64,000 nt of DNA from NCBI RefSeq assembly GCF_009914755.1, contig NC_060935.1. The stretch is one strand, 5' to 3'. The position numbers were made by a program, and so were the translations under genes. This DNA is from the human T2T-CHM13v2.0 reference genome, Homo sapiens. Of this stretch, positions 35,304 through 55,909 are shown piece by piece (position 1 is the first letter of the stretch; the number at the start of each line of letters is the position of its first letter). The notes under the pieces were generated by a model. The model was not told the origin of the DNA, did no database searches, and saw only the letters and a list, made by a program, of their open reading frames with translations.

Positions 35304-36638
35304 CTATCAGGAAGCCCAAGCAAGCCGAATGGAGAGGCCACATGGAAGAGAATCGAGGCACCGCAGTCAACAGCCCCTGCTCTCAACCCCACCAGATAAA
35401 CACAGCCGCACAAGTGCCCCTACGTCAAACCTGCAAAAGAATCACCCAGTCCACCCACAGATTCTAGAGAAATAGTAAATTGTTGTTTTAATCCTCTACA
35501 TTTTGGGATGATTTATTACACAGCAATAAATAACTGATACATTAGCCTAAATAAATAGGGCGGGGGTTGTTTGAAGGAAACTGGGGTTTCTTATGGAATT
35601 TCAAGATCAGAAAAGCCAACTGTCAAAAAGAGCAGGAACCAGAATTCTGTAGCCATCAGCAGCAGGAGTTTACAGCCCTCCAGCCAGAGCACCTGTTAAT
35701 GCGTCCCAGTCTAATGTTCAGATCCGACTCTCCACTTCCTGGGAGGAGGGTGTGATTGGGTCAGACACCCTCACCCCCAAGCAAGGACACATAGGTCACC
35801 CAGAGCATTGCTAGGGGGCCCATGGGTGAGCCCCACAGCATGCTGGGACAATAGTCAATGCTGCACCCACTACACTGGAATATTCCTCGCAATCGACTCT
35901 AATGGGTAAAACTAATGTGGCAAAAAAAGTTTTGATTTTTTTTCTGACTTGATCTTTGTTCATAAAATGCTGTTCATCACTGAACTTGCCCAAGCTCCTT
36001 ACTTTGCAGCTGAGGAAACTAAGGCACAAAAAAATTAAAGTCTCTGAGGCCACAAAGCAAAGTAGTGGCTGTGCCTAAAGTAGACCATGAGTCTCCTGAT
36101 CCTAATCACAGACACTTTCTTCCTGCTTAAGGTCATATGCTGATTGGCAAGAGAGCTATTTTTTAAATTAAGCAAACATTTAAATAAACTTTACTGGAGG
36201 TCAGGCATGGTTGAAAGTGTTTCGCAAATATTAATTCACTTAATCCTCATAACAACCCTATGTGGGTACAATTATTATCTTCCATCTCACAGATAAGAAC
36301 TGAGGCACAGAGAGGTTAAGTAATTTGTCTGAGGTCACACAGCTAATAAGTACCAGAACTAGAAATCAAACATAGGCAGTCTGGCTCTCAACTGTAAAAC
36401 CATGTTGCCTCCCTGGTATAAAATTTATTATTTTCATGTTATCATCATAGTAATCCCATAATGGAAGTAAAGTTGAGATTATCTAAAGGTAAAAAAAAAA
36501 GACTAGGTCTTAGGGTCTAAAGATCTAGACTCAAACCATGTGCTAGCTGTGTGGGCTTAGCGAACTCACTTAACCTCTCTCTGATTTTTTTCCTCCTCTG
36601 AAAGAAAGGAAAGTTGTTCTACTTTAAAGGATAACATA

Positions 36639-37305
<667 letters not shown>

Positions 37306-37324
37306 TCAAAGGACTCGCCCAGCA

Positions 37325-37815
37325 TGAAGAAGGAATTAATGAAATCAACTATAACCTAATAGTAGTAGTAACAGAAATTTTAAAATTCTCTTAAAGTTGC
37401 TGCAAAGTGTGACCCCTTCCCCCTTACACTCAAGTTAAAAGGGAATGTTCACAGCCTGTCTCCTCTCTGTGGACAGTGAACCTTATCTATACTCCCCAAC
37501 TCCACATTCCTCAAAGTTTATTACAGGCCCAGCAAGTTCCTGCACAGCTGCAGGGTCACAAGACTGGTAAGTTTAGGTTGCAAGACATGTTTCTCTCAAG
37601 ATGTAAGAAATGTTGTAATGCTGCCTTTGTTTCTTGCTTCTGTAACTCGCTTCCCGCCTCACGTAGTTCCCCCCTTAAGATGTTTAAAAGTAGGAAAAGC
37701 CCTTTGTTTGGGGCTCAGACTTTCTGGACATATGTCCGGCTGGGCCGGTGATCACCTTAATAAACTCTCCTGAAACTTCTTTTCCGTCTCTCCAGTCTTT
37801 GATTGTCCTGCAACA
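37325..37815 (+). mobile_element. ERV1-class solo LTR (LTR15-like), 491 bp
   Basis: TG...CA termini, TATA-like TTTAAAA ~37683 and AATAAA ~37759. Flanks AGCA/AGTG are compatible with a CpG-decayed 4-bp TSD. The family name is from memory. Confidence 0.7.
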
Positions 37816-38349
37816 AGTGCATTGATGACAAAATGGAATGCAGTGCTCAGCCCTCCTGGCCTCCTGCCTGATTCTCTTTGGAGTGCACCACATGGGTGGA
37901 AGAGCTGCCCCCACCACATACAGCCCTCACCCACAGTGTGATGGGTAGAATCAGGACCAGATCTACCGGGAGCCCTCCTCCCACACACCGTGGCTTCTAT
38001 GAAAGGACTAAATTTAGGACCTGAAACCAGCTGAAATGGGGACAGCAGAGCCTGCTGCGCCGCAGCTGCCCATCCAGGTGTGCTGGGAGCGTAGATGGAG
38101 TGTGGGTATGGGGAAGGGAGGGGTGATGGCAGGCTGTCACTACACACCCAGTGGGGAATTGATAACATTAGAGCTGGGAACCAGTTTGGAAGTCAGAGCT
38201 CAGCCCCCTGCTCTGCTGACAAGACTGAGACTCAGAGGAGCCTCAAGAAGGCTGAGGTCACAGTGCGATGGGGCAGAACCAGGACCAGAGCTACCCAGAG
38301 CCCTCCTCCCAGGCCAGTGCCCTTTCCATTGAGTATAATAATACTAATA

Positions 38350-38935
<586 letters not shown>

Positions 38936-39127
38936 TTATGCCCATAATTTTTAAAATAATAACTAATATTGTGTTGGGTACTCGCCACATGCCAGTTGCT
39001 AGTCTAAGAACTTGATATATATTCACATCTGAAACAGGTACTATTAACATCCCATTCACAGGTAAGGAAACCATGGCACAGAGAGGTTAGCAACATGTCC
39101 CAAATCACATAGAAAGGCCTCCCTCTC

Positions 39128-40112
<985 letters not shown>

Positions 40113-40417
40113 TGATTTTCCAGCCAGCCAGTGAGTCCAGCCCTGCTGCCTCCCCAGGTCACAGTACCTTGGGTCCCTGCCTCACCTCATCTTTCATTCC
40201 CCTATGCCAGAAGGAGGGAGGACCTGCCCTTCTTGAGTGCCTAATATGTGCTGGGCCTGAGCTAGCCTCTTTACATCCTTCACTTCATTTAGTCCTAATC
40301 CTGTGAGGCAAGGCCATGTTTCCACTGCATTTGAGATACACTGGTTTTTAGCAGTGTATCCAAAATCACTTAACTTCCCCCATGCCTCTGTTTCCATGTC
40401 TATAAAATAGAGGGAGG

Positions 40418-40760
40418 GGCTGGGCGTGGTGGCTCATGCCTGTAATCCCAGCACGTTGGGAGGCTGAGGCGGGTGGATCACTTGAGGTCAGAAGTTTGAG
40501 ACTACCCTGGCCAGCATGGTGAAACCCCGTCTCTACTAGTTAGCATTTCAAAGTCTCATTTGTTATCGGAATTAACCAGACAAAGAATGGCCATGCACCA
40601 CCACCCACAGAATTGAGAAAGAGCTATCAATCTGTCAATCCTGTCCGTGTCCAGGCTGGGTGAGGTTTCCCGTGTTGAGATTGCAGTGAGCCAAGATTGA
40701 GCCATTGCACTCCAGCCTGGGTGACAGAGTGAGATTCCATCTCAACATAAATAAAATAAA
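40418..40760 (+). mobile_element. AluS whose central ~95 bp are replaced by an 18S rRNA fragment
   Basis: The left arm runs to CCCCGTCTCTACTA (40538). The right arm resumes at GAGATTGCAGTGAGCC (40677) and ends in an A-rich tail. Confidence 0.9.
40535..40679 (-). pseudogene. 18S rRNA fragment (approx. nt 1247-1407, 16-nt internal deletion); non-functional
   Basis: Reverse complement reads CTCAACACGGGAAACCTCACCCAGCCTGGACACGGACAGGATTGACAGATTGATAGCTCTTTCTCAATTCTGTGGGTGGTGGTGCATGGCC...GTCTGGTTAATTCCGATAAC...ATGCTAACTAGT, a conserved eukaryotic SSU segment. Most differences are CpG transitions. Confidence 0.95.
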
Positions 40761-43653
40761 GATGCTGGAAAAGATCCAGTGCCTCCAGGAAGCTGGGGGA
40801 GCCAAGTGGGCTCCTGGCCTTCACTCCTGCTTCAAGTAGGGCAGCTTTGGATGTGTCCCTTCGCACACGGAAGATATGCTTTAGACGTAGTTAGACTAAC
40901 AGGGGTAGGGGGAGCCTTGCACACATTGGCCATAGGATTTCAGTGAGGGGAGTGAGTAGAAGTCCCTGTGGACCAATCTCTGATCTTTCATCCTCGCTGA
41001 CATAGCCACAGTTTTATTCCTTTCTGTTCTGAGAAGACTTGGAGAAGGGAGAGGTGGCACTAAATCTCGATTCATGAGAATGAATTCTGATCATCCCAGC
41101 CTCCTTGTCAGTTATTAGTTTAAGCAGGATTGGCCAGTGAGGTATAAGAAGTCTACTAGTGGCTTCTGGAAAGGTTTTCTAACTCTTCAAAAGAGACACA
41201 AAACAGGAATGTTCCCTCTCTGGTCTCTTGAGGGATGCTCAGCATGATGGCTGGAGCTGTGGCAGCCATTTGGGACCATGACGGCAATCACTTTAGGACA
41301 CCTGAGTCTTCGGTGACATCACTGAACTTTGGAACTAACTAACTTAGGCACCATTTATGCTTCTTTTAATATGTTTTCTCTCCCATGCTGCTGAAGTGTC
41401 TTAGCTGGCTTAGCTCAACATTTCTGTTGTGTGGTTAACACGGTCCTGTTCTAAGCCTTAAGAACCCATGACTAGAACAATGGGATGATGCAGCCCAGCG
41501 GGGCTTGAATTGAAACTATTCACCCAACAGCACCTGTCAGAGCAAGCTCCTGGGCACCTGCCTGGGTTCTCAACCTCCAACCAATCCCCTTCTTTTCCTT
41601 TTACTCTGTACTGTGCTTCTCAACCTATTCCCAGCCTTTCATTGGTTCTATGACTTCCCTGCTTCCCCTTGAACCAACCTAGGCTCCACTCCTGGACTTT
41701 CATCCACTCCTTGGACTTTCTGGTTAATCTGGGAAACAGTTCAGCCCCATTCAGCCTGATCCCAAACTCCTGCCATAATGCCTGCCCATTGGTTTTCCTG
41801 CTTACCTCCTCCCAGAAAAGTAAATGAGACACAGAACCCACACCTGAAACAACATGTATTTGAAAACCCCTGATTTAAAGCATACTCACTTTGGATGGAA
41901 TCTCAAAGGGAGAGAAATGATTTAGAACAATACAATCAATTCAACCACCACCCCAGTGAATCAGTGGGTCCTGGAACCAACCCTATCAATCCTCTAAATC
42001 TCGGGCTCTGGAATGGCATCATAGTCATGGAACTGAACATGAACCAAACCATATTCCATTTGTCTCTGCTCTCAACTCCCAAAACCTACTGGGGTAGGAT
42101 CAACAGAGAAAAACACCGACCTTCATCTCTGTCCTAGAACTGAGAGCTCAAGCCCATCAGAGTTGAACTCTGGGAGGTAAGAGAACGTGCAGAGGATGTG
42201 AAGGTCGTCACCCCTCCTGAGGCCAGGCAGGCAACATGCGTGGGGAAAGAAGCCAGGGTGTGAGGCAACAGTATTGGTGGGACCTGTGAGAAAGTGGGGA
42301 CCAGTGAGACCAGCAAAACGCCAAAAGTCCAAATTTTCAAAAATACTACCAGCTAAACTAGTTTGCCCCACTGGCCTCCAGTTTTCCAGCTTCTAGGCTT
42401 TGGAGTCAGTTGGCCCTGAAATGGAATCCCTGCTCTGCCATCTGTTGGCTATGTGACTTTGCAAGAGCAAGGTAACATCTCTACAGCCTCAGTTTCCCAG
42501 CCACTTCCTAGCTGTGTGACCACAGGCAAATGACTTGATGTCTCTAAGCCTTGGTTGCCTCATCTTAGAGTGAGGATCATCATAATTTCTATTCTAGAGG
42601 GCAGTGCAATGATCGGATGAGATAATGCATGCTGCATTGCTTAGCACATTGGCACACAAAGAGCAAGTGTGATTATTAGATGGAAGCTTCCAGGAGAAAG
42701 AATGGCAGGGCTTTTTCCCCTCTGCTATGTGGGCTCATGGATTCAGCTCTGACGCCTGCCAGACAGCCTTCTAGCCTGCTGGGTGGGAGAGGGCTGTGCT
42801 GGCAGGAACTAGAGATGCCTGGACCTTAGTGCTGCATCCATCTCTGATGCCCTCATCCCCTAAGTGGATCTCCACTCCTTCCCTGCTGCTGCAGTCTCAG
42901 GGAAGATGAAACTTGCTATCATAAGAGTGAATTCCTAATGAAAAGCCCAAAGGGGACAACTAGTTACATAAAGGAGGAAAGCAAGCTGGATGGAGACGAT
43001 GGTAAACTAGACAGTTCTGCATGGGGGAGCCACTCCTCAGCTCTCATCATTTTTTGCCATTTGGGAATGTGGGCCTCAAAGGCTGGAATTTCTAATTTTG
43101 AAAGAGAAGCCGGAAATCTGAAAGTTTATGTGCAATTTCCTGAGTTTAAAAGAAGATTCAAATTTATAAAAGACTGTGCGTGTGGGCTGTGTGGCACATA
43201 TGTGGACCAAATTCAGCCTCAGGCCATCATTTCACAGCCTCTTAGAGGATAAATTCTTTGGAAGCTTATCACATCAGTGAGAGGTCGAGTAGGACACAGA
43301 ACCCACAGGGCAAAGGTGGCAGCATCTCTACCAACCAGAGCTAATGGGATTGTCCCTGTTTTCTGTCCCAGTTCAAATGCCCTTCTTTTTCCACCTCCAC
43401 AGAAGAGAAGCTTCCCATAGGGGATTGGTCTGGCTGCTTCTACCATTTTCCAGCAGCCTGTAAATAAAAAACATTTACAGGCTCTCTGAGTGTGTGAAAG
43501 GTTTTACCGCCCTTCTCTGCTGTGTTGTTGCTAATGAGCAAGGCAGGGAGCGGGAGAGAACTAGAGGAGTTGTGTGACGGTTGCTTTTGCTACTGCTGAT
43601 AATAATAGTTATAATAACAAGTTTTCTGTTACAATAATAATAATAATAACAAC

Positions 43654-43910
43654 AGGCTGGACGCAGTGGCTCATGCCTGTAATCCCAGCACTTTGGGAGG
43701 CCAAGGCCGCTGGATCACTTGAGGTCAGGAGTTCGAGACCAGCCTGGCCAACATGATGAAAACCCATCTCTACTAAAAATACAAAAATTAGCCGGGCATG
43801 GTGGCAGGCGAGCAGTGAGCTTGCAATCTGAGATCGTGCCACTGCACTCCAGCCTGGGTGACAAGAGTGAAACTCTGTCTCAAAAAAAAAAAGAAGAAAA
43901 AATAAAAAAA
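43654..43910 (+). mobile_element. AluS with an internal right-arm deletion
   Basis: GGTGGCAGGCG joins directly to AGCAGTGAGC. Confidence 0.85.
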
Positions 43911-44549
43911 TGAGTACTAACCATTTTGGCCCACAACAGTTTGGTGAGAGCCTTGGGGAATTCTTTGATACCTCAGGATCTGCCAAGCTTGGCTGTATGT
44001 TGAACCAGCTTGCCAGAGTCACCATGGGCCATGCATCCAGCCTGCTGAACCCCCTTCCTCTAATGGCGTCTTCACTTGCTCTTCCCAGGGAAGGCCAATG
44101 CACTTTCTATAAGGTGCCCCGAGTGATTAGAGCCTGCTAGAAAAAGTTGTCTTTGGTGTTGAACAGTTCTCCTTCCTCCTCCCAGGTGAGGCGGGCTCTG
44201 CCTCTGCTGTGTTTCTTTGCCTGGCTGGCTGGGATGCTTTACACTATGGTGGGGGCCCAATAATGGTAGCTTTTAAAGGCCTGGGGTTCTTGGCATCAGT
44301 TTTGCCTCTTTTCGCTTTTTATCTTTTGGTGCCTTTATCAGTTTAGACTCCAGAAAGCTCAACTTGGAGGGCATAAACCAGGAGTCAGCAAACTTTTTCT
44401 GTAAAAGGGTAGATAGTAGCTCCTTTTGATTCTGTGAGCCGTGCAACTTTATAAGTCGCAACTCTGTCTGTGAAGCTCAAAGCCGTGGATCAGATGTAAA
44501 CAAATGAGCAGGGCTGTGTTCTAATACAATTTCACTTACAAAACAGGTG

Positions 44550-45645
44550 ATGATGGATGAACCTTGTAAGCATTATGCTGAATGAAGAAGGCAGGTTCAA
44601 AAGACCACATATTGTCTGATTCCATTTATAGGAAATGTCCAGAATTGGCAAATCTCTATAGACAGAAAATAGATCCCTGGCTGCCTAGAGCTGGGGGTGT
44701 GAGGTGAGGGAAAATCTTCTAAAATTAGATGGTGGTGGTGGTTGCACAACTCTGTGACTAGAATAAAAAGCATTGAATTGTACACTTAACTGGGTGCATT
44801 TTTTGATATGTAAATGATATCTCAATAAAGCTGTTTAAAAAGAAGAGTACACCGATGTTCATAGCAGCCCTATTCACGACAGCCAAAAGGTGGAAACAAG
44901 TATCTGTCAATGGATGAATGGATAAACAAAACGTGATGTAGACCTACAATGGAATATTATTCAGCATAGAGCAGAATGAAGTACTGATACATGCTGCAGC
45001 ATGGATGATCCTTGAAAACATGGGCTAAAGTGAAAGAGGCCAGACATATGAGGTTCCCAGAATAAGCAAATTGATAGAGACAAAAATAGAATAGAGGTAA
45101 CTGAGATCTTGGGGCAGGGGGAATGGGGAGTTATTGTTTCATGGGTACAGAGTTTCTATTTGGGATAATGTACAAGTTATGGAAATGGATAGTGGTGATT
45201 GTTGAACAACACTGAATGTACATAATGCCTCTGCATTGTATACTTAAAAATGGTCAGGCCAGGTGCGGTGGCTCACACCTGTAATCCCAACACTTTGGGA
45301 TGCTGAGATCAGAGGATTGCTTGAGCCCAGGAGTTCGAGACCAGCCTGAGCAACACAGCAAAGCCCCATCTCTCCAAAAGGAAAAAAAAAATACAAAAAT
45401 TAACCAGGCATGGTGGCACACACTTGTGGTCCCAGCTACACAGCTGGGACCCAGCTACACTACTGTTACAACAGGAGGCTGAGGCAGGAGGATGGCTTGG
45501 GCCCAAGAAGTCGAGGCTGCAGTGAGCCATGATCACACTGCTGTACTCCAGCCTGTGTGACAGAGCAAGACCCTGTCAAAAAAAAAAAAAAGATTAAAAT
45601 GGTAAATTTTATGCTATGTGTGTATTTTACCACAATTTTTAAAAA
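44550..45645 (+). mobile_element. Old L1 (L1MB/MC-type) 3' ends, with an AluJ at 45257-45590
   Basis: ATGGATGAACCTTG...TTCCATTTATAGGAAATGTCCAGAAT...TCAATAAAGCTG, then a second L1 3' UTR (GATGAATGGATAAACAAA). Confidence 0.75.
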
Positions 45646-46159
45646 CTGAAGAAAATGAAACAGGATGGAGGTGAGGCAAGGACAGAACATCAGGGTGGCT
45701 GGTGCACACAGAAAGCAAAGTGGAGCATGAGGAGGAAACTAACAAGGTGGATGGAGGCAGCTTATGCAGGGCCGCATGGATAGAAAGGAACGGGCAGATT
45801 CCAAAAAGATCCAGACCAGGGAGCCAGGACCAGGACACTGCAAGGATCCTCAAAGGAGGAGGCCAGTAGAAGAGGACAAAAATGACCAGCAGCATCCCTA
45901 GGAACAGGCTCTGCTCTCCCCACCACACCACCCCTACTGTGCCTACCTGCAGTCAAGGCTGTCCCCCACACTGTCTTGTCCAGAGCATGTGAACAGTCCT
46001 ACCCACCCACCCACACAGACACCCCAGCACCCAGCAGGGCCTGCACACAGTGAGCACTAAGAAATGTTTGTTTCTTAAACAACAAGAACAAAAAGAGCAA
46101 ATGAGCACATCACACTCTATCGTGTAATTGTGCTGGGATTACTTAAGATTTTTCTTTTT

Positions 46160-46592
<433 letters not shown>

Positions 46593-46826
46593 TGAAACTG
46601 TTGGACCTACCCTCTTTGGGATTTTTGGGCCCATTTCTGCTCAGAGCCTACCCCCGCCTTCTCTGCTCATTTGGGATCTGCTGGTTTGACTTGGCCCCTT
46701 AACCCTTGGCCCATCCTGTTCCTCCATTTCCATCCCCCACCACATCAGGTCCTCCTGTCTGGGTCAGATTTTTTGGATCAACCCACATGATCGCTCCCTC
46801 AATCTCCAAGGCATTTACCTCCAGCT

Positions 46827-46990
46827 CCGTAGTTCTCAACTAGGGGCGATTTGGCACTGTCTGGAGACATGTGGCTGTTACAGCTGGAGAGTTGCTATGG
46901 AATCTGGTGGGTGGGGGCCAGGAATGCTGCTAAACATCCTACAGTGCTCAGGACAGCCACCACAGCAAAGGACCGTCTGGTCCAAAATAA
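46827..46990. mobile_element. MER20 DNA transposon fragment
   Basis: GTTCTCAACTAGGGGCGATTT...GTCTGGAGACAT...GGCCAGGAATGCTGCTAAACATCCTACAGTGC. Confidence 0.75.
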
Positions 46991-47769
46991 CAAGATTGAG
47001 AAAAACATACCTGAGCCAGTAACGATAATAACGTGATCATCCTGACCGTCATTCAACAAGAAGCTTCTATGTGCAAGGCACTGTGCGGTGTGCATTACAC
47101 AATTTAGCAATCAGAATCCTTGCAACAGCCTTCAGAGGAAGGTAAGATTACTATCTCCATTTTATAGATAAGGAAACTGCAGCTCAGAGAAGGTAAGTAA
47201 CTTGTCCAAGGCCACACAGCAAATATCCGAGCTGGAATTTGAATCCAGGTCTATCTGACTCCAAATCCCATTAAAAGCCCCTAAGGGGCCCTCAAACACA
47301 CACACTCCTCTTTCTTCCCTTGAGCTTTAAGAATGGTTACTGTTTTCTTGAGCAACAACCTGTAAAATTTCTGTTTTGAAATTAAACAAGGTTACGTGCC
47401 CCTGTTCTGTTGGTTGGAGACCCTCCTCTTGGTTTTGCTTTCTTGTGTTTGCTTTATTTATTTATTTATTTATTTACTTATTTATTTATTTGGGCAGGGT
47501 CTTGTTCTGTCACCCAGGTTGGAGTGCAGTGGCACCATCATACCTCGTTACAGCCTCAAACTCCTGGCCTCAAGTGATCCTCCCGCCTTAGCCTCCCAAA
47601 GTGCTAGGATTACAGGCACAAGCCACCACACCCAGCCTGTTTGTACTTTATTAATATAGAGTCCACTATGGAGGCAGCACCTTGTCTCTCAAGGAGAAAC
47701 TAAGGGCAGCTTTTCTGAGTGGTGGAAGTGAGTAAGGGCTCAGTCCCAGGTGATCTGAGCATAGCCTCC

Positions 47770-48196
47770 TGTGAACCCAGAAAATCTGAGACTGGTCTCA
47801 GTTAATTTGGAAAGTGTACTTTGCCAAGATTGCAGACACGCCCGTGACACAGCCTCAGGAAGTCTTGACAACAGATGCCCAACGTGGGCAGGGCACAGCT
47901 TGGTTTTACACATTTTAGGGAGACATGAGACATCAATCAATATATGTAAGAAGTACATTGGTTCAGTCTGGAAAGACAGGAAGACTCGAAGCAGGGGAGG
48001 GGGCTTCCAGGTCACAGATAGGTGACACACAAATGATTACATTCTTTTGAGTTTCTGATTAGCCTTTCCAAAGGAGGCAATCAGATATGCATTTATCTCA
48101 GTGAGCAGAGGGGTGACTTTGAATAGAATGGGAGGCAGGTTTCCAGCTGGAGTTTTGCTTAGTGATTTTGGGGGCCCAAGATATTTTTCTTTCACA
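47770..48196 (-). mobile_element. MER4A-family ERV1 solo LTR
   Basis: TGTGAACCCAGAAAATCTGAGAC...TTTTAGGGAGACATGAGACATCAATCAAT...TTTCACA, flanked by direct repeat CCTCC. Confidence 0.85.
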
Positions 48197-48825
48197 CCTC
48201 CCGTTCCCTTCCACCATCCCTTGACTCCATGATCTGATGGCCACAGCTGGAAAGGAACATCCCATCTACTCACAGTCAGCTGTGGCGAAGATAAGAAAGC
48301 ACTCACATGCCCATTTATTTGGCCCTTTGTTCGAGGTTACCAGGTCAGGGTGCCAGGCAGGAGGCCAGGCCCAACTTTACTCAATGTCTCCTCCTCCCGT
48401 GCTGTTGGACAAATAGTGCAAGCCCTAGTAAGACTTAACAGAAGGATGCTACTAGCTACTTCCTGCCTCCAGTGAAAACCTGCCTGTGGCTTTAAGAGCT
48501 TAGGTCCCACAGGTCCAGCTTCCTCAATTCCTAGAACCAGCAGAACATTCTCAGAAGGCTTCTAGGGCAACTTCCAGAGAACCGCTATTCTTCACAGGAG
48601 CTGGGTAGCAGGGGATGTCTCTGTGCAGAAACCAAGGCACTACAGGGAAACCCTTGGGGGCCACTCTCTGGAGCTAACACAGCCAGAGAGGGCAGAAACA
48701 AATGGGGGGATTCTGAGCTCACCATGCCAGACCCACCCAGAGCCACCACCTTTTCTTCTTAAACTTCTAAATTAAAGTGTAGCATATATACAAGCAAAAG
48801 AATGAATTATAAAAGAATACAGCCT

Positions 48826-49146
<321 letters not shown>

Positions 49147-49362
49147 TTACCATAAGATGAACACATCATGCAGAACATTATCAACACCCTAAAATCTCCC
49201 CTAGGAGCCCCCACACTATCCCATCCTTCCTATTCAATGGTAACCACTATCCTGATGTCTGATGTATAATACCATAGATTAGTTTTTATTGATTGTTGTT
49301 GTTGTTGTTGTTTTTAATTTATGAGCTCAGAATATTTTAAATATGGACACCAATAGACTAAA

Positions 49363-49661
49363 TTTTTTTTTTTTTTTTGAAACGGAGCTTTGCTCTTTCA
49401 CTCAGGCTGGAGTGAAGTGGCACGACTCTGCTCACTGCAACCTCCACCCCTGGCAGTTTCAAGTGATTCTCCTGCCACAGCCTCCTGAGTAGCTGGGATT
49501 ACAGGTGTGCACCACCATGCCCAGCTAATTTTTGTATTTTTAGTAGAGACGGGGTTTCGCCACGTTGGTCAGGCTGGTCTCGAACTGCTGACCTCAGGTG
49601 ATCCACCTGCCTCTGCCTCCCAAAGTGCTAAGATTACAGGCGTGAGCCACCCCGCCTGGCC
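49363..49661 (-). mobile_element. AluS
   Basis: Antisense Alu. Confidence 0.9.
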
Positions 49662-49801
49662 AGGTAAATTTATTTAAAACATTGTACACACTAAACCAAG
49701 GTACATAATTCAGGTAAATAAAAGACCCCATAACATCAGTGAAAAACTTCATTCAAAGTTGATGTAAATGATGTATTTAGACTTTAGAATTTCTGAGTGG
49801 A

Positions 49802-53097
<3,296 letters not shown>

Positions 53098-53136
53098 TAG
53101 AATTTCTGAGTGGAATACTTGTCTTTTAAAAGTCCT

Positions 53137-53740
<604 letters not shown>

Positions 53741-53809
53741 AATAATAAAAGTCCCGTTCTGGTTCTGAGGCTTATTTCATTTTTTATTTATATTAATAAC
53801 AGTCTGTAA

Positions 53810-55321
<1,512 letters not shown>

Positions 55322-55909
55322 CTTATATAAATATTTTCTTTGGTTTCTGACTTCTTTCAGTTGATATTAAGTTTGTGAGAATCACCCATGTTACTGCTGC
55401 CTGTAACTGTAGGTTTTTTGTATGGTATTCCTAAGTTTGAATACAGCACAATTTTTTAGCTATTCTTTGTCTAATGGACATTTGAGTTATCCCTGATTTA
55501 TTATTATTACTAATAATACTGCTATGAACATTCTTGCACATGTCTTTTGGTGCACATGTGCACGGATTTCTGTTAAGTATATGCTAGGAGTGAAACTGCT
55601 GGGTCATAGAATATATCGTTCATGATTTGTAAGGTATTTGGCTTTTCGAATTTAATATATAACAGACACTTTTTTAAAGTGGTTGTATCAATTTACACTC
55701 CCAACAGCAGTGTATTTTAATTGCTCACATCCTCCCAAACACTTGGTTTTATCAATCCTTTTAACTTTATTCATTCTTGCGGGCCTATAGTGGTACCTCA
55801 TTGTGGTTTTAATTTGTAGCTCCCTAATGAGCTAATGAAGGTGAGTACCTTTTCATGTGTTCATTGCCCACTTAAATATCCATCCTTTGGGGCGGGGGTG
55901 TGTGGAAAG

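Noticed and set aside
40535-40679. Functional rRNA gene or contamination
   Set aside because: Only 145 bp, with an internal deletion and CpG decay typical of long residence in methylated genomic DNA.
42435-42448. Reverse CTCF-like motif (CCAACAGATGGCAG on the minus strand)
   Set aside because: Core mismatch, lies in a MIR-like repeat, and has no CpG-rich context.
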